NCBI GenBank assembly: GCA_965203095.1
Contig: OZ241877.1
Span: 1,568,001 to 1,632,000, forward strand
Direction of reading: 5' to 3'
Source of the DNA: Bdellovibrionales bacterium
GTDB taxonomy: Bacteria; Bdellovibrionota; Bdellovibrionia; Bdellovibrionales; UBA1609
Length of the DNA stretch: 64,000 nucleotides
Of this stretch, positions 1 to 10,174 are shown piece after piece; positions within the stretch are counted from its first letter, which is position 1; every line of letters begins with the position of its first letter. A program made the translations under genes and the position numbers. A model generated the notes under the pieces. The model was not told the origin of the DNA. It saw only the letters and a list, made by a program, of their open reading frames with translations, and did no database searches.

Positions 1-2
1 TT

Positions 3-902
3 TTGCCCTTGTCTCTTTTTTTAGGAGATGTCCAATCTTTAAATGATCGATGGTTCTCCTCAATTTATATTGGTTTGACTTTGTTTTTTATTTTTGGCTT
101 TGGTTATTTGTTGAACTTTTTTTTACAGTTCACCAAAAAGGCTCAGCCTGCCGAAGGGCCAAAGGATACACTTGGGGGCATGGCCCTTTCCTCCGGCCTA
201 TCTTTGGCTTTGGTTAGAAAGCTAAAGCCGGTGGTCAACTCCCTACTCAAGTATTTTCCGGAAAATGTTAAGGCTAATGCCCCCTCACATTCTGTTCCGT
301 CTCAAATTTTTCCTCCACAAAAGGGTCGGCAGGAGTTAAACAATATGCGAAAATTCCTATTGGATTTTATTGAATACGCTGAGCCAGAGACAGAATCTCT
401 TTTAGAAGACAAGGTGGATTTAAACAGGCTTTTACAAGGGCTTTTAGATGAGTTGAACTCTCACCCCCATCGGCCGGAAAATTTAAAGCAAAAAATAAAC
501 TGCCCAGTGGATTTTAAAGTTAAAGGCTCTTCAGAACATTTAAAAAAAGGCTTTAAACATATTATTGTCAACTCTTTTGAAGCTTTAAAAAATCAGAATC
601 AAGCCCATATTCATATCCGAGGCTATTGGACAAAAGATGGGGCGGTTGTGGAGTTTTTAGATAATGGCCATGGTATTGAACCAGAGGATATAAAAAAGCT
701 TTTTGATCCTCTTTTTAGTAAAAGATTTGGTTTGAGGGGCTTGGGCCTGGCTTACACTCAAAAGATCCTTAAGGCCCATAAGGCGAGTTTGCATATTGAG
801 AATTTGAAGAAAGGCTTAAAAGTTTCTGTCAAATTTCCTTTAATTTCTGGTTTTTATCCCACTCCTGCTGGTAAATCTCGAAAAAAAGTCACAGCGGCCT
901 AA
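3..902 (+). CDS. Sensor histidine kinase-like protein, 5'-truncated by window edge (TM helix + HATPase_c)
   Basis: N-box-like HIIVNSFEA, G1 FLDNGHGI, F-box LFDPLFS, G2 GLGLAYTQKILKAH; no obvious H-box His. Confidence 0.75.
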   Translation: MPLSLFLGDVQSLNDRWFSSIYIGLTLFFIFGFGYLLNFFLQFTKKAQPAEGPKDTLGGMALSSGLSLALVRKLKPVVNSLLKYFPENVKANAPSHSVPSQIFPPQKGRQELNNMRKFLLDFIEYAEPETESLLEDKVDLNRLLQGLLDELNSHPHRPENLKQKINCPVDFKVKGSSEHLKKGFKHIIVNSFEALKNQNQAHIHIRGYWTKDGAVVEFLDNGHGIEPEDIKKLFDPLFSKRFGLRGLGLAYTQKILKAHKASLHIENLKKGLKVSVKFPLISGFYPTPAGKSRKKVTAA

Positions 903-908
903 TGAAGG

Positions 909-1232
909 TTAAACTCCAAAGGAGACACCGCAACCGCAAGTGTCTTTGGCATTGGGGTTGGAAAAAATAAAACCCTTCCCGTTAAGCCCGCCTTCATAGT
1001 CTAAAGTCATGCCCATAATGTAAAGGAGGCTTTTCCCTTCTATTACTATGGGGACGCCACCCGACTTAAAAAATTTATCCATTGGTGTTTTTTTGTCGTC
1101 AAAATCCAATTTGTAGGAAAAACCGGAACAGCCCCCCTCTTTTATAGATATCCTTAAGGCTTTTTCCGGTGCCTTTTCCTTTTTTTTGAGGTAATTGATA
1201 TGCTCTATAGCTTGGCTTGAAATTTTTATCAT
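909..1232 (-). CDS. iscA: Fe-S cluster assembly A-type carrier (IscA/HesB family)
   Basis: GGCSGFSY and C-terminal TCGCGVSF motifs. Confidence 0.92.
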   Translation of the reverse strand: MIKISSQAIEHINYLKKKEKAPEKALRISIKEGGCSGFSYKLDFDDKKTPMDKFFKSGGVPIVIEGKSLLYIMGMTLDYEGGLNGKGFIFSNPNAKDTCGCGVSFGV

Positions 1233-1272
1233 AAGTTCATTTTAGCTTGTTTTTTTAAAAAATCAAGTTTTT

Positions 1273-2148
1273 TTACCAACCTTTTTTAGCAGGGGAAAAA
1301 AGGGCTATTTGAGGGCCTATGTGAACTTCAAGCTCCCCCCCCGGCATGCGGACAAAAACAGTTTTGAGTTTTTTGAGAGCTTTCCTTTTGTGGAGATAGA
1401 CAAAAGCCACGGACAAAGCCCCTGTGCCACAGGCCATAGTGAAATCCTCAACCCCTCTCTCATAAGTGATGGCTTTTAACTGCCCTTGTTTTTCCACTTG
1501 AAAAAAAGAAACATTCATCCCCTGAGAACTCTTAGGATGTTGAAAACGAAGTTTTTGTGCCAGAGTTTTAAGTGTTTTTTTATCGAAGACAAGCTCCCCC
1601 TTTGTGGAGCATTCTATTACCCCATGAGGAGCACCAGGGGAGATCAAACTGAAAGTGATTTTTTGCCCTTGGAACTCATGTTGAAAGTCCCCCAGCACAA
1701 GAGGAATATTTTTGAGCCTTATCCCATAGTGCCCTTGTTGGTTTTTTATGGGTTGAACAATCTCTTTTCCCATCTGAAAAGTGTTTAAGGATAGGCCCAA
1801 CTCAAAGGAATAGTTGGAAATGCAACAAGTGGCATTCCCGCACATTTCTGCCGAAGATCCGTCTTTGTTGTAAAAATCACAAATCCAAGAAAAAACTTTT
1901 TTTGTTGTGGGGCGAATCACAACAAGACCATCAGTTAGAAAAAGATCTTTTTTAGAAAGCAGAGTTTTTAAAAACTTTTTTTTAAATGAAAGGTTTTTTT
2001 GGGACAAACTCAAAAAATCCTTAAAACTTTTGTTTGTTTTAAAAGTATGATTTGACCAAGCCGAGGGGGGGCTGTTCCCAAACCATCTTTTGTCCACTAA
2101 CAAAAAGCGATTGCCAGCTGAAGATATTTTTAAAATATGATTATTCAT
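1273..2148 (-). CDS. dapF: Diaminopimelate epimerase
   Basis: GNRF, NKDGSSAEMCGNA, GAPH, ERGVEDFTMACGTGA with both catalytic Cys. Confidence 0.9.
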   Translation of the reverse strand: MNNHILKISSAGNRFLLVDKRWFGNSPPSAWSNHTFKTNKSFKDFLSLSQKNLSFKKKFLKTLLSKKDLFLTDGLVVIRPTTKKVFSWICDFYNKDGSSAEMCGNATCCISNYSFELGLSLNTFQMGKEIVQPIKNQQGHYGIRLKNIPLVLGDFQHEFQGQKITFSLISPGAPHGVIECSTKGELVFDKKTLKTLAQKLRFQHPKSSQGMNVSFFQVEKQGQLKAITYERGVEDFTMACGTGALSVAFVYLHKRKALKKLKTVFVRMPGGELEVHIGPQIALFSPAKKGW

Positions 2149-2180
2149 AACTTTCCCTTTTTAATAGATCATCCAAAGTT

Positions 2181-2251
2181 TTTTGCCCAAAGTCCGTCCC
2201 ATTTCGGTATTACAATACCTTGGACCATCACCGGACAAACTTTGGGCAAAA
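2181..2251. repeat. Cargo hairpin of dispersed MITE-like family (terminal repeats not recognisable)
   Basis: TTTTGCCCAAAG...CATTTCGGTATTACAATACCTTGGACCATC...CTTTGGGCAAAA; 3' flank resembles copies at 37.9 and 54.0 kb. Confidence 0.85.
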
Positions 2252-2375
2252 GCCATTGAAAAGCCTGTCCGTAATAAAAGCAAAGGGCAATAATCCATAC
2301 CCCAACCCTGGACTTCTTTATGTAATGATTCATAGGCCCTTTTTTAAAGTTGAGAAATTTCATTAAAATTCCGGC

Positions 2376-3218
2376 TCAGTTTTTGAACAGATCTCTTAGT
2401 TTTTCCCCTAAAATGTTCACACAAAAAATCAAAATCAAAATGCCAATGCCTGGGAAGCTGGCGAGCCACCAAGCACTTTCTAAGTGAGACCGGCCATCGG
2501 CAATCATCACCCCCCACTCGGCTAAGGGGGGTTTAGCCCCTAAGCCCAAAAAACTTAAAGCCGCCACACTTAAAATCCCTTCACTAAAAATCAAAAGGGA
2601 TTGTGCCATAATTTCCCCAATACTGTTAGGCAAAATATGGCGAAAAAACAGTTGAAAAGGATGAGAACCAAAAAGCCTTCCGGCCTCCACATATTTTTTG
2701 TTTTGCCCCCTTAAAACCAAACTTCTAATAAGGCGAATCATTGAGGGCAGGCACATAATGCCCGCGGCGATACAGGCGTTTAAAAGCCCCGGACCAAAAA
2801 TCGCTACAGCCACAATAGCTAAAAGAAGGCCGGGAAAAGACATTAAAATATCCACAGCCCCCACTACCCAAGGGTCCAGCCGAGGATAAAGGCCGGAAAG
2901 TGTGCCCAAAAGAAGTCCAAATACAAGAGCAAAACTCAAGACCAGCCCTCCGGCCAGGAAAGAGATTTTTCCTCCAAAAATCAAACGAGATAGAAAATCA
3001 CGACCCAAATCATCAGTTCCTAAAGGAAACTGAGCTTGAGCACCTTCCATCCAAAAAGGGGGCAGATTTAAAAACTCCTCATAAACCTGTTCCGGGGGGT
3101 GAGTTAAAAACAAAGGGGCAAACAAGGAGCCAAATAACAAAACCAATAGGAGGCTTAGGCAAAACAAGGCTGTTTTGTCCCTTTTTATGAGTTGAAGTAT
3201 TTTGATAGCCGTTTTCAT
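2376..3218 (-). CDS. dppC: Dipeptide/oligopeptide ABC transporter permease
   Basis: PLGTDDLGRDFLSRLIFG, YVEAGRLFG (EAA loop), LSFLGLG, PPLAEWG. Confidence 0.9.
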   Translation of the reverse strand: MKTAIKILQLIKRDKTALFCLSLLLVLLFGSLFAPLFLTHPPEQVYEEFLNLPPFWMEGAQAQFPLGTDDLGRDFLSRLIFGGKISFLAGGLVLSFALVFGLLLGTLSGLYPRLDPWVVGAVDILMSFPGLLLAIVAVAIFGPGLLNACIAAGIMCLPSMIRLIRSLVLRGQNKKYVEAGRLFGSHPFQLFFRHILPNSIGEIMAQSLLIFSEGILSVAALSFLGLGAKPPLAEWGVMIADGRSHLESAWWLASFPGIGILILIFCVNILGEKLRDLFKN

Positions 3219-3229
3219 AAGTCTCTTTA

Positions 3230-4267
3230 TTAGATTTTTAAAACCCCCTCTCTTAAAAATCCCGATCGGATTTGTGGGTCCGCTTTAGCGTAAGCTATAT
3301 CCACACAAATATTGATTCCTACAATAATAAAAGCCATAAGAAGAGAACCGCTGGTAATTACCGGGTAATCTCTGGCAAATAGCCCTTGGACAAACCATTG
3401 CCCAATCCCTGGCCAGGCGAAAATGCTTTCGGTTAAAATCGCCCCAGTAAGTAAAGAGCCAGCCAACCAGCCGATAATAGTGATAATGGGGATCAGGGCA
3501 TTAGAGAACACATGGCGAAAAAACACCGTGTAAAGGCTCAAGCCTTTGGCCTTAGCTGTCCGAATAAAGTCTTTTCCTAAAACATCCCCGGCACTGACTC
3601 TTGTAATGCGGACAATAAAAGCCAGAGGAATAGTGCCCAAAGTGAGACCGGGGAGGATAAGATGCCTCAAACTGCTTAAAAAAACTTTAATAGGTTCTTC
3701 AGAAAACCAGGCATCTATAAGATAAAAGCCTGTAATGGAGTTTATATCGTATAAGGGGCTTAAGCGACCGGAAACAGGAGTCCATCCCAAGGTCACAGAA
3801 AACAAAAGAATAAGCATAAGTGCCCACCAAAAAATAGACATGGAAAAGCCAAAAAGTGAAAAACCAATGATCAGTTTGTCAAAAAAACGATTGCGGGTTA
3901 AAGCGGAAAACAAGCCCAAAGGAATACCTAAAAGGCTGGCCCATAGTATTGCTATAAGCGAAAGCTCCACTGTAGCCGGAAAGTAGGAAAAAAACTCTTT
4001 AAGCACCGGCTCAGTTGTGACGATGGAGTGCCCTAAATCCCCCCGGCTCAAAGATTTCAAGAATAATAAGTATTGTAAATAAAGGGGTTTATCTAAACCT
4101 AATGATCGATTCAGCTCTTCGACAGCAGTTTTATCTGCCCCTCTTTCGCCTAAAAGCTGTTGGACGGGGTCGCCCGGGATCAGCCTTAGGGCAAAAAATG
4201 AAATGAGGCTGACACCAATCAATGTTGGCAAAGCCTGAATGCATCTTCGTCCAATAAAAAAAATCAT
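3230..4267 (-). CDS. dppB: Dipeptide/oligopeptide ABC transporter permease
   Basis: IPGDPV, GLDKPLYLQY, DFIRTAKAKGL, ESIFAWPGIG, RDYPV. Confidence 0.92.
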   Translation of the reverse strand: MIFFIGRRCIQALPTLIGVSLISFFALRLIPGDPVQQLLGERGADKTAVEELNRSLGLDKPLYLQYLLFLKSLSRGDLGHSIVTTEPVLKEFFSYFPATVELSLIAILWASLLGIPLGLFSALTRNRFFDKLIIGFSLFGFSMSIFWWALMLILLFSVTLGWTPVSGRLSPLYDINSITGFYLIDAWFSEEPIKVFLSSLRHLILPGLTLGTIPLAFIVRITRVSAGDVLGKDFIRTAKAKGLSLYTVFFRHVFSNALIPIITIIGWLAGSLLTGAILTESIFAWPGIGQWFVQGLFARDYPVITSGSLLMAFIIVGINICVDIAYAKADPQIRSGFLREGVLKI

Positions 4268-4600
4268 GCTCTTAAATCATAATGAGAGAGTGAGTTTTTA
4301 AAGTTTTCCCGCTTTAAATTCTATTTGTCAATAGCGGAAGTGAGGGTTATGAGCTTTGAATGGGCTATTGGGGAGGCTTTGCTAAAAGATCTTCTAAACT
4401 TTTTCGCTCTCGTCTTGAGCGGGAATGGCTTGGGTTATAATTTCAGGGATAGTTATTTTTTCTTCCATGAGTTGAGGGGCTGACTTTGTAATTTAAGAAA
4501 AAAGGTGATACACTTTTTTGATATTGGTTTGATTTGAGGTTTCAGGTTCAAATAGAGGGGAAAAGCATATTTTTCAAACAAAACCAGTATAACTTTTAAA

Positions 4601-6652
4601 ATGCAGTTTAAAGACAAAATCAGAAATATTGGGATTATGGCCCATATTGACGCGGGGAAAACCACCTTGAGCGAAAGGATCTTGTTTTACACTGGCCTTA
4701 GCCGGAAAATGGGTGAAGTGCATGAGGGCACAACTGTAATGGATTGGATGGAGCAAGAGCAGGAAAGAGGTATTACCATTAGCTCTGCGGCCACTGCTTG
4801 TTTTTGGGAAGATGTTTATATCAATCTGATCGACACTCCTGGCCATGTGGATTTCACTATTGAAGTGGAGCGATCTTTAAGGGTTTTGGATGGGGCGGTG
4901 GCAGTTTTTGATTCGGCTCACGGTGTGGAGCCTCAATCGGAAACCGTGTGGAGGCAGGCAGATAACTATAATGTCCCTCGGATTTGTTTTTTAAATAAAA
5001 TGGATCGGGTGGGGGCGGATTTTTCATTTAGTTTAAAGGACATTAGTAAAAAACTCAGCATGATTCCAGTAGCTGTTCAATGGCCTGTTTACATAAAGGA
5101 GGAGTTTAAAGGGGTTTTGGATTTAGTTCAACAAAAAATGTTGCTTTGGGATCAAGATGAGATGGGCGAAAAATTTTCTACTCAGGATATTCCTCCGGAG
5201 CGGATGGATACAGCTCTCCAGCAGAGGGAACTTTTAATTAGCCAGTTGGCTGAGGGAGATCCTGCACTTATGGAAAAATATCTTCGGAATGAGGATTTAT
5301 CTGTGAGGGATATCCGCACCTCCCTTAGAAGTCAAACTTTGAGCCGGCGAATCACCCCTGTATTATGTGGTTCTGCTTTTAAAAATAAGGCGGTTCAACC
5401 TCTTTTATCCGCCATTCAGTATTATTTGCCTTCCCCCTTAGATATTCCTCCGGCAATAGCCAGAGACTTTAAAGGCCGGACAAAACTTTGTGAGGCTAAG
5501 GACGAAGAGCCTTTATCAGCACTGGTTTTTAAAATTGCTTTTGATGCTTTTGCTGGGGCTTTAACTTATATCCGAGTGTATTCTGGTGTCTTAAAAACAG
5601 GTCAGACTGTTTATAATTCAAGGCAAAAAAAGATAGAGAGAATCCATAAAATTTTAAAAATGCATTCCAATTCCAAAAGGGAACTGTCGGAGTTGCGGGC
5701 AGGGGATATATGTGCTGTGCCAGGCCTTAAATGGACACAAACAGGGGATAGCCTCTGTTTTAAAGAGCAGAATTTATCTTTAGAAAGGCTGACTTTTCCT
5801 GAGCCGGTTTTGTCCGTTGCGATAGAGCCGAAATCGGCACAAGATCAAGCAAAAATTGAGGAAGCCTTAATTAAGTTAAAAAGGGAGGATCCCTCTTGCC
5901 AGACAAAAAAAGATCCTGAAACAGGGCAAATCCTTTTAATGGGCATGGGGGAGCTTCACATTGAGATTTTATTGGACCGGTTGTTAAAGGATTATAAACT
6001 ATCGGCCCGTGTGGGTAAGCCTCAGGTTTCTTTTAGGGAGACTCCTAAGGCCTCTTGGCAAGGATCTGGAGTTTTTGATCAGGAGATACAAAACCGCCGT
6101 CATTTTGCTAAAATATCTATAAAGATAGAGCCTTTAGAGCAGGGAAAAGGCTTTATTTTAGACAAAGGCCCTTTAAGCCTCTCTTCTCCCGAAATTCTCT
6201 CCGCCATTGAAGAGGGTTTCCAGCAGGGGCTTTCCTCCGGTCCCCTTATGGCCTATCCTATGAGGGATTTAAAGCTTTCTCTATTAAGTTTAGAGTATAA
6301 GGAGGAGGACATAAGCCTTTTGGCCATTCGCTCTTGCTGTTATCAGACTTTTTACAAAGGAATCAGGGAAGTGGGAAGTGAGCTTTTAGAGCCGGTTTTC
6401 CGCTTAAAATTGACCAGTCCAGAGGAGTTTGCGGGGGCCATTGTGAATGACTTGAATGCTCGCCGGGGTCAGGTGGAGGCTATGGAAAAACAAGAAAATT
6501 TAAAAATAATTTCTGCCATTGTGCCTTTGACAGAGCTTTTTGGCTATGCGACAAAGATGAGATCTTTAAGTCAGGGTCGGGCCAGTTTGTCTATGGAAAT
6601 GCAAGGCTATAGCCTTTTGCCAGACAAGGAAAAGCAAAAACTTCTCATTTAG
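4601..6652 (+). CDS. fusA: Elongation factor G family GTPase, probably EF-G2-type paralog (not in str operon)
   Basis: [43 protein letters not shown]-like domain V. Confidence 0.93.
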   Translation: MQFKDKIRNIGIMAHIDAGKTTLSERILFYTGLSRKMGEVHEGTTVMDWMEQEQERGITISSAATACFWEDVYINLIDTPGHVDFTIEVERSLRVLDGAVAVFDSAHGVEPQSETVWRQADNYNVPRICFLNKMDRVGADFSFSLKDISKKLSMIPVAVQWPVYIKEEFKGVLDLVQQKMLLWDQDEMGEKFSTQDIPPERMDTALQQRELLISQLAEGDPALMEKYLRNEDLSVRDIRTSLRSQTLSRRITPVLCGSAFKNKAVQPLLSAIQYYLPSPLDIPPAIARDFKGRTKLCEAKDEEPLSALVFKIAFDAFAGALTYIRVYSGVLKTGQTVYNSRQKKIERIHKILKMHSNSKRELSELRAGDICAVPGLKWTQTGDSLCFKEQNLSLERLTFPEPVLSVAIEPKSAQDQAKIEEALIKLKREDPSCQTKKDPETGQILLMGMGELHIEILLDRLLKDYKLSARVGKPQVSFRETPKASWQGSGVFDQEIQNRRHFAKISIKIEPLEQGKGFILDKGPLSLSSPEILSAIEEGFQQGLSSGPLMAYPMRDLKLSLLSLEYKEEDISLLAIRSCCYQTFYKGIREVGSELLEPVFRLKLTSPEEFAGAIVNDLNARRGQVEAMEKQENLKIISAIVPLTELFGYATKMRSLSQGRASLSMEMQGYSLLPDKEKQKLLI

Positions 6653-6728
6653 CCCTTTGTGAAAAAGCCCACATGATAAGGGGTTTGACAAATTTGCAAA
6701 AATGTCAATAAAAATTTGACAAAAGCTA

Positions 6729-7094
6729 TTGGCTGGTTTTAGAATGTTGGCATTAAGGAGTTTGGAGGCTATGCAGAGCCTGATAGAGATTATGAACACT
6801 TATCATGTTAAATTTCAATCTCAGTCATTTAAGTTAATGACCCAGCATGATCAAAGGGACTTTCAGATATTGAAGTCAGAGGTGGAAAGCAAATTAGATG
6901 AGGTTCAAAGCTCTCACAAACAGATTTCTATTGAAAAGGCCTTGTTTTTAACCTGTCTTCTATTGGCGGAAGATAAATTTCTTCTCAAAAAGGCCTTGGA
7001 TAAAAATATCAACAGTTTGGAATCTCAAGCTCGCAGTATCTTAAACGATCTCGAATCCTCCTCTAAAGGCAAAAGGCTCTCATTTGAATCTTAA
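6729..7094 (+). CDS. zapA: Cell division protein ZapA-like (true start probably ATG 6771 or 6792)
   Basis: Size, KALFLTCLLLAED helix plus coiled coil, conserved position before ygfA-rny. Confidence 0.7.
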   Translation: MAGFRMLALRSLEAMQSLIEIMNTYHVKFQSQSFKLMTQHDQRDFQILKSEVESKLDEVQSSHKQISIEKALFLTCLLLAEDKFLLKKALDKNINSLESQARSILNDLESSSKGKRLSFES

Positions 7095-7149
7095 AGTTTT
7101 TTAAGACTTAAGCTTTTGCTTTGCTCCTCAATAAAAAGGGGTTTTTGTT

Positions 7150-7845
7150 GTGTCGAGGAGCTTTAGTCATCGGAATGTTTTTCCTTCTTATTCCACTGCC
7201 CGTTCTTTAAAAAGTTCTTCTCTTCGGTCTTTTTATAAAAAAGAGATCGATTGTTTGCCTCTTTCGGTCAAAAAGCAAAAGCAGGAACAAATTGTGGCCT
7301 TCCTTCGCCAACTGCTTTTTTTTAAAAAAATCAAATTCATGGCTTTTTATAAAGCTATGAAGGACGAGCCTGATCTTTCCTCTTTTTACAAGCTTTGTAA
7401 AGGCAAAGCCTGTTTTCCAGTGTTGAGGGAAGATGGCCTGTTAGATTTTTACAAAAGCCAAGGGCCTTGGCACTCCTCTCCTTGGGCTTTTATTCAGCCT
7501 GTTCCCATAAAGAGAAATCAAATCCCTACAGATCAAATCTCTGTTTTTTTTATCCCTGGTCGAGTTTTTGATCGAAGAGGGGGGCGACTCGGCCGGGGCC
7601 GAGGCTGTTATGACAAAAGCCTTGCGGGGTTGAGAAAAGTCCAATCAAAGGCTCATCTTCCCTCAGTTTTGTTTGTGGGAATAGCCTTTTTTGAGCAGGT
7701 TCAAAACGAGCCTTTAAATTTGTTTAAACATGATATTTTAATGGATATTTTAGTGACTGATCGATTTGTCCTCCAGCCTTTTCACAATCGGCAAAAGGAC
7801 CGGTCAAGCCTAATGAACAGGAAACATCTCACACATGATAAATAA
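7150..7845 (+). CDS. ygfA: 5-formyltetrahydrofolate cyclo-ligase
   Basis: FIPGRVFDRRGGRLGRGRGCYDK; HDILMDILVT. Confidence 0.9.
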   Translation: MSRSFSHRNVFPSYSTARSLKSSSLRSFYKKEIDCLPLSVKKQKQEQIVAFLRQLLFFKKIKFMAFYKAMKDEPDLSSFYKLCKGKACFPVLREDGLLDFYKSQGPWHSSPWAFIQPVPIKRNQIPTDQISVFFIPGRVFDRRGGRLGRGRGCYDKSLAGLRKVQSKAHLPSVLFVGIAFFEQVQNEPLNLFKHDILMDILVTDRFVLQPFHNRQKDRSSLMNRKHLTHDK

Positions 7846-7857
7846 GGAGGATCTACT

Positions 7858-9441
7858 ATGAACAGCATTTTTATAGAGGCTTTAGCCCTGTTTATATCCG
7901 GTCTCTTTTTTGGATCGGTTATTTTTCTGATTTATTCTAAATGGACATCTCGAAAAAGGGAACGCAACTTAAAAAGGGAAGCGGATCTGATTTTGAATCG
8001 GGCCAAGTCCCAAGCGGGAAAGGTGGAAAGAGCTATTAGGCAAAACGCCAAAGATTGGGAGGAAAAGGAAACAAAAAGAGTGGAGCGGGAAATCAAACAG
8101 TCAAAAGAAAAGCTCAAAACTCAGGAATATCAGTTGAGGAAACGGCGAGATCAAATGGAATCAGAGTTTCAAATAAAAGCCGATCAGTTGAAAAGATCCC
8201 AAGCCCATCTTCAAAGGGAAAAGGAGCTTATGGAGATAGAGCAAAAGCAAATCCAAAATCTTAAGGAAAGAGTTCAGCAAGAGAAAGAAGAGTCTGACCG
8301 CTCTGTGGAAAGGTTGGCCACTATGACAAAAGAAGAGGCAAAAAACTATCTTAAAAAAACTTTTGAGGCTGAAGTCCGAAGGGATATTAGTCAAAAGCTT
8401 GTAAAAATGGAAGAAGAGATGACTAAAGATCATGAAAGAAAGGCCAAACTGCTTTTGGCCCAAGCTATGGCTCGTTATTCTGCAGAAGTGACAGCAGAAA
8501 GAACTGTGGAGACTTTGCCCATTGTAGGTTCTTTCACCAAAGGGAAAATTATTGGGCGTGAGGGGCGAAACATTCGATCCTTAGAGGCCACTTGTGGTGT
8601 GGATTTGCTTATTGGAGAGGGCCAGGAGATCGTCACAATCTCTTGCTTTGATCCGGTCCGCCGGGCCATTGCCAGAAAAGCCATCGAAAAGCTTATGGAA
8701 GAAGGCCGTGTTCACCCGGCTTTTATTGAAGAGGTTGTAGATAAGATCCGAAAGGAGATATTTTCTGAAATGATGGAGGAGGGCAAAAAACTTTGTTTTG
8801 ATATGGGAATACACGATATTAGCCCGGAGATCATTAAAATTTTAGGTCAACTTAAGTATCGGTTTATTGAGGGGCAAAACCTTTTAAAATACTCTGAGGA
8901 AATGGCCTATATTGCCTCTTTACTTGCAGGAGAGTTAGCTTTAGATAAAAAAACCGCTTGCCGGGCGGGCCTTTTAAGTGCAGTGGGCTTAGGGGTGCCT
9001 CATTTTATGGAGGGAAGCTACTCTTTTGTAGGGGCACAATTTTGCCGGAAACAGGGTGAAGAAGAGGAGATATGCCAGGCTATTCTCTGTCATGACGGCA
9101 AAAAGCCAGCTCATAGCCTTTTAGATCATGTTTTACAATGTGCTTACAATTTATCTCGTTCCCGATCTGGAGCTAAGCGGTCTCTTTTAGATAGCTACAT
9201 TCATCGTTTAAAAGAGTTGGAGTCTTTGGCCAATAGTTTTGACGGGGTGAAAAGGAGTTTTGCCATTCAGGCCGGTAAGGAGATTCGCGTTCTTGTAGAC
9301 ACATTTAAAGTGGTGGATGATGATCAGATGTCCATGCTGAGTTGGGACATTGCAGAAAAAATAAAACGGGAATTAAAAATGAGTGGAGAAGTGAAGGTGA
9401 GCTTGATTCGTGAATATCGGATTGTAGAGCATGCTCGTTGA
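7858..9441 (+). CDS. rny: Ribonuclease Y homolog with degenerate HD catalytic motifs
   Basis: N-terminal TM, coiled coil, KH motif KGKIIGREGRNIR, FDPVRR, AIQAGKEIRV; RBS AGGAGG. Confidence 0.9.
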   Translation: MNSIFIEALALFISGLFFGSVIFLIYSKWTSRKRERNLKREADLILNRAKSQAGKVERAIRQNAKDWEEKETKRVEREIKQSKEKLKTQEYQLRKRRDQMESEFQIKADQLKRSQAHLQREKELMEIEQKQIQNLKERVQQEKEESDRSVERLATMTKEEAKNYLKKTFEAEVRRDISQKLVKMEEEMTKDHERKAKLLLAQAMARYSAEVTAERTVETLPIVGSFTKGKIIGREGRNIRSLEATCGVDLLIGEGQEIVTISCFDPVRRAIARKAIEKLMEEGRVHPAFIEEVVDKIRKEIFSEMMEEGKKLCFDMGIHDISPEIIKILGQLKYRFIEGQNLLKYSEEMAYIASLLAGELALDKKTACRAGLLSAVGLGVPHFMEGSYSFVGAQFCRKQGEEEEICQAILCHDGKKPAHSLLDHVLQCAYNLSRSRSGAKRSLLDSYIHRLKELESLANSFDGVKRSFAIQAGKEIRVLVDTFKVVDDDQMSMLSWDIAEKIKRELKMSGEVKVSLIREYRIVEHAR

Positions 9442-10170
9442 TTGGCTGTAAAAAACCGGGAGAGCTGGCCTGTGAAAGCCTCTTTTATTTTGATATTTTT
9501 AATTTTATTTTTTGCTTTAAGCCTTATTGTTTTTGGACAGAGGGGCAAAGCTTTTCCCGGGGACAGAGCACCTTTTTATTTTGCTCCTCCGGAAGTGATA
9601 CGGTATTTTTCTTTTGGTTTTTCTGAAATTTATGCAGACATTTTATGGATGCGATTGATTCAAGATATTGATTTTTGCAGTTCTGAAAAGGGTATCCCCA
9701 TTTATGACGGAAAAACAAAATACCAGTGCGACAAAGGTTGGTCTTTTAAAATGACCTCAGCCATTATTGAGTTGGCCCCTCGGTTTTTACGCCCTTATGA
9801 GATTTCAGGTTCTATAATGAGTGTTGTCATGGGAGATCAAAAAGGGGCTAAAGCCATTTATGATAAAGCGGTTCAACAATTCCCTGACAACTGGAAAATC
9901 CATTTTAGTGCCGGATCTCATTATCTTTTAGAACTTGGGGAAGAGGAGAAGGCTGTCCCGCTTTTGATCCGTTCAGCTGATTTGGGCGGGCCTTATTGGC
10001 TTTATGGTTTAGCGGCCAAAGTTTATGGGGAAATGGGGAAGTTGCTTTTGGCCAGGGAAGTTCTCATATCGGCTATGGAGAAAGATATTAAAGGGACATA
10101 TAAAAAAACTATGGAGTTGAGGTTAGAAGAAGTAGAGCAAAAAATAGAAAAACTGAGAAACACCCGTTAG
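9442..10170 (+). CDS. Membrane-anchored TPR-like helical protein
   Basis: N-terminal hydrophobic segment; helical repeats (AKAIYDKAVQQFPDNW). Confidence 0.55.
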   Translation: MAVKNRESWPVKASFILIFLILFFALSLIVFGQRGKAFPGDRAPFYFAPPEVIRYFSFGFSEIYADILWMRLIQDIDFCSSEKGIPIYDGKTKYQCDKGWSFKMTSAIIELAPRFLRPYEISGSIMSVVMGDQKGAKAIYDKAVQQFPDNWKIHFSAGSHYLLELGEEEKAVPLLIRSADLGGPYWLYGLAAKVYGEMGKLLLAREVLISAMEKDIKGTYKKTMELRLEEVEQKIEKLRNTR

Positions 10171-10174
10171 CCTG

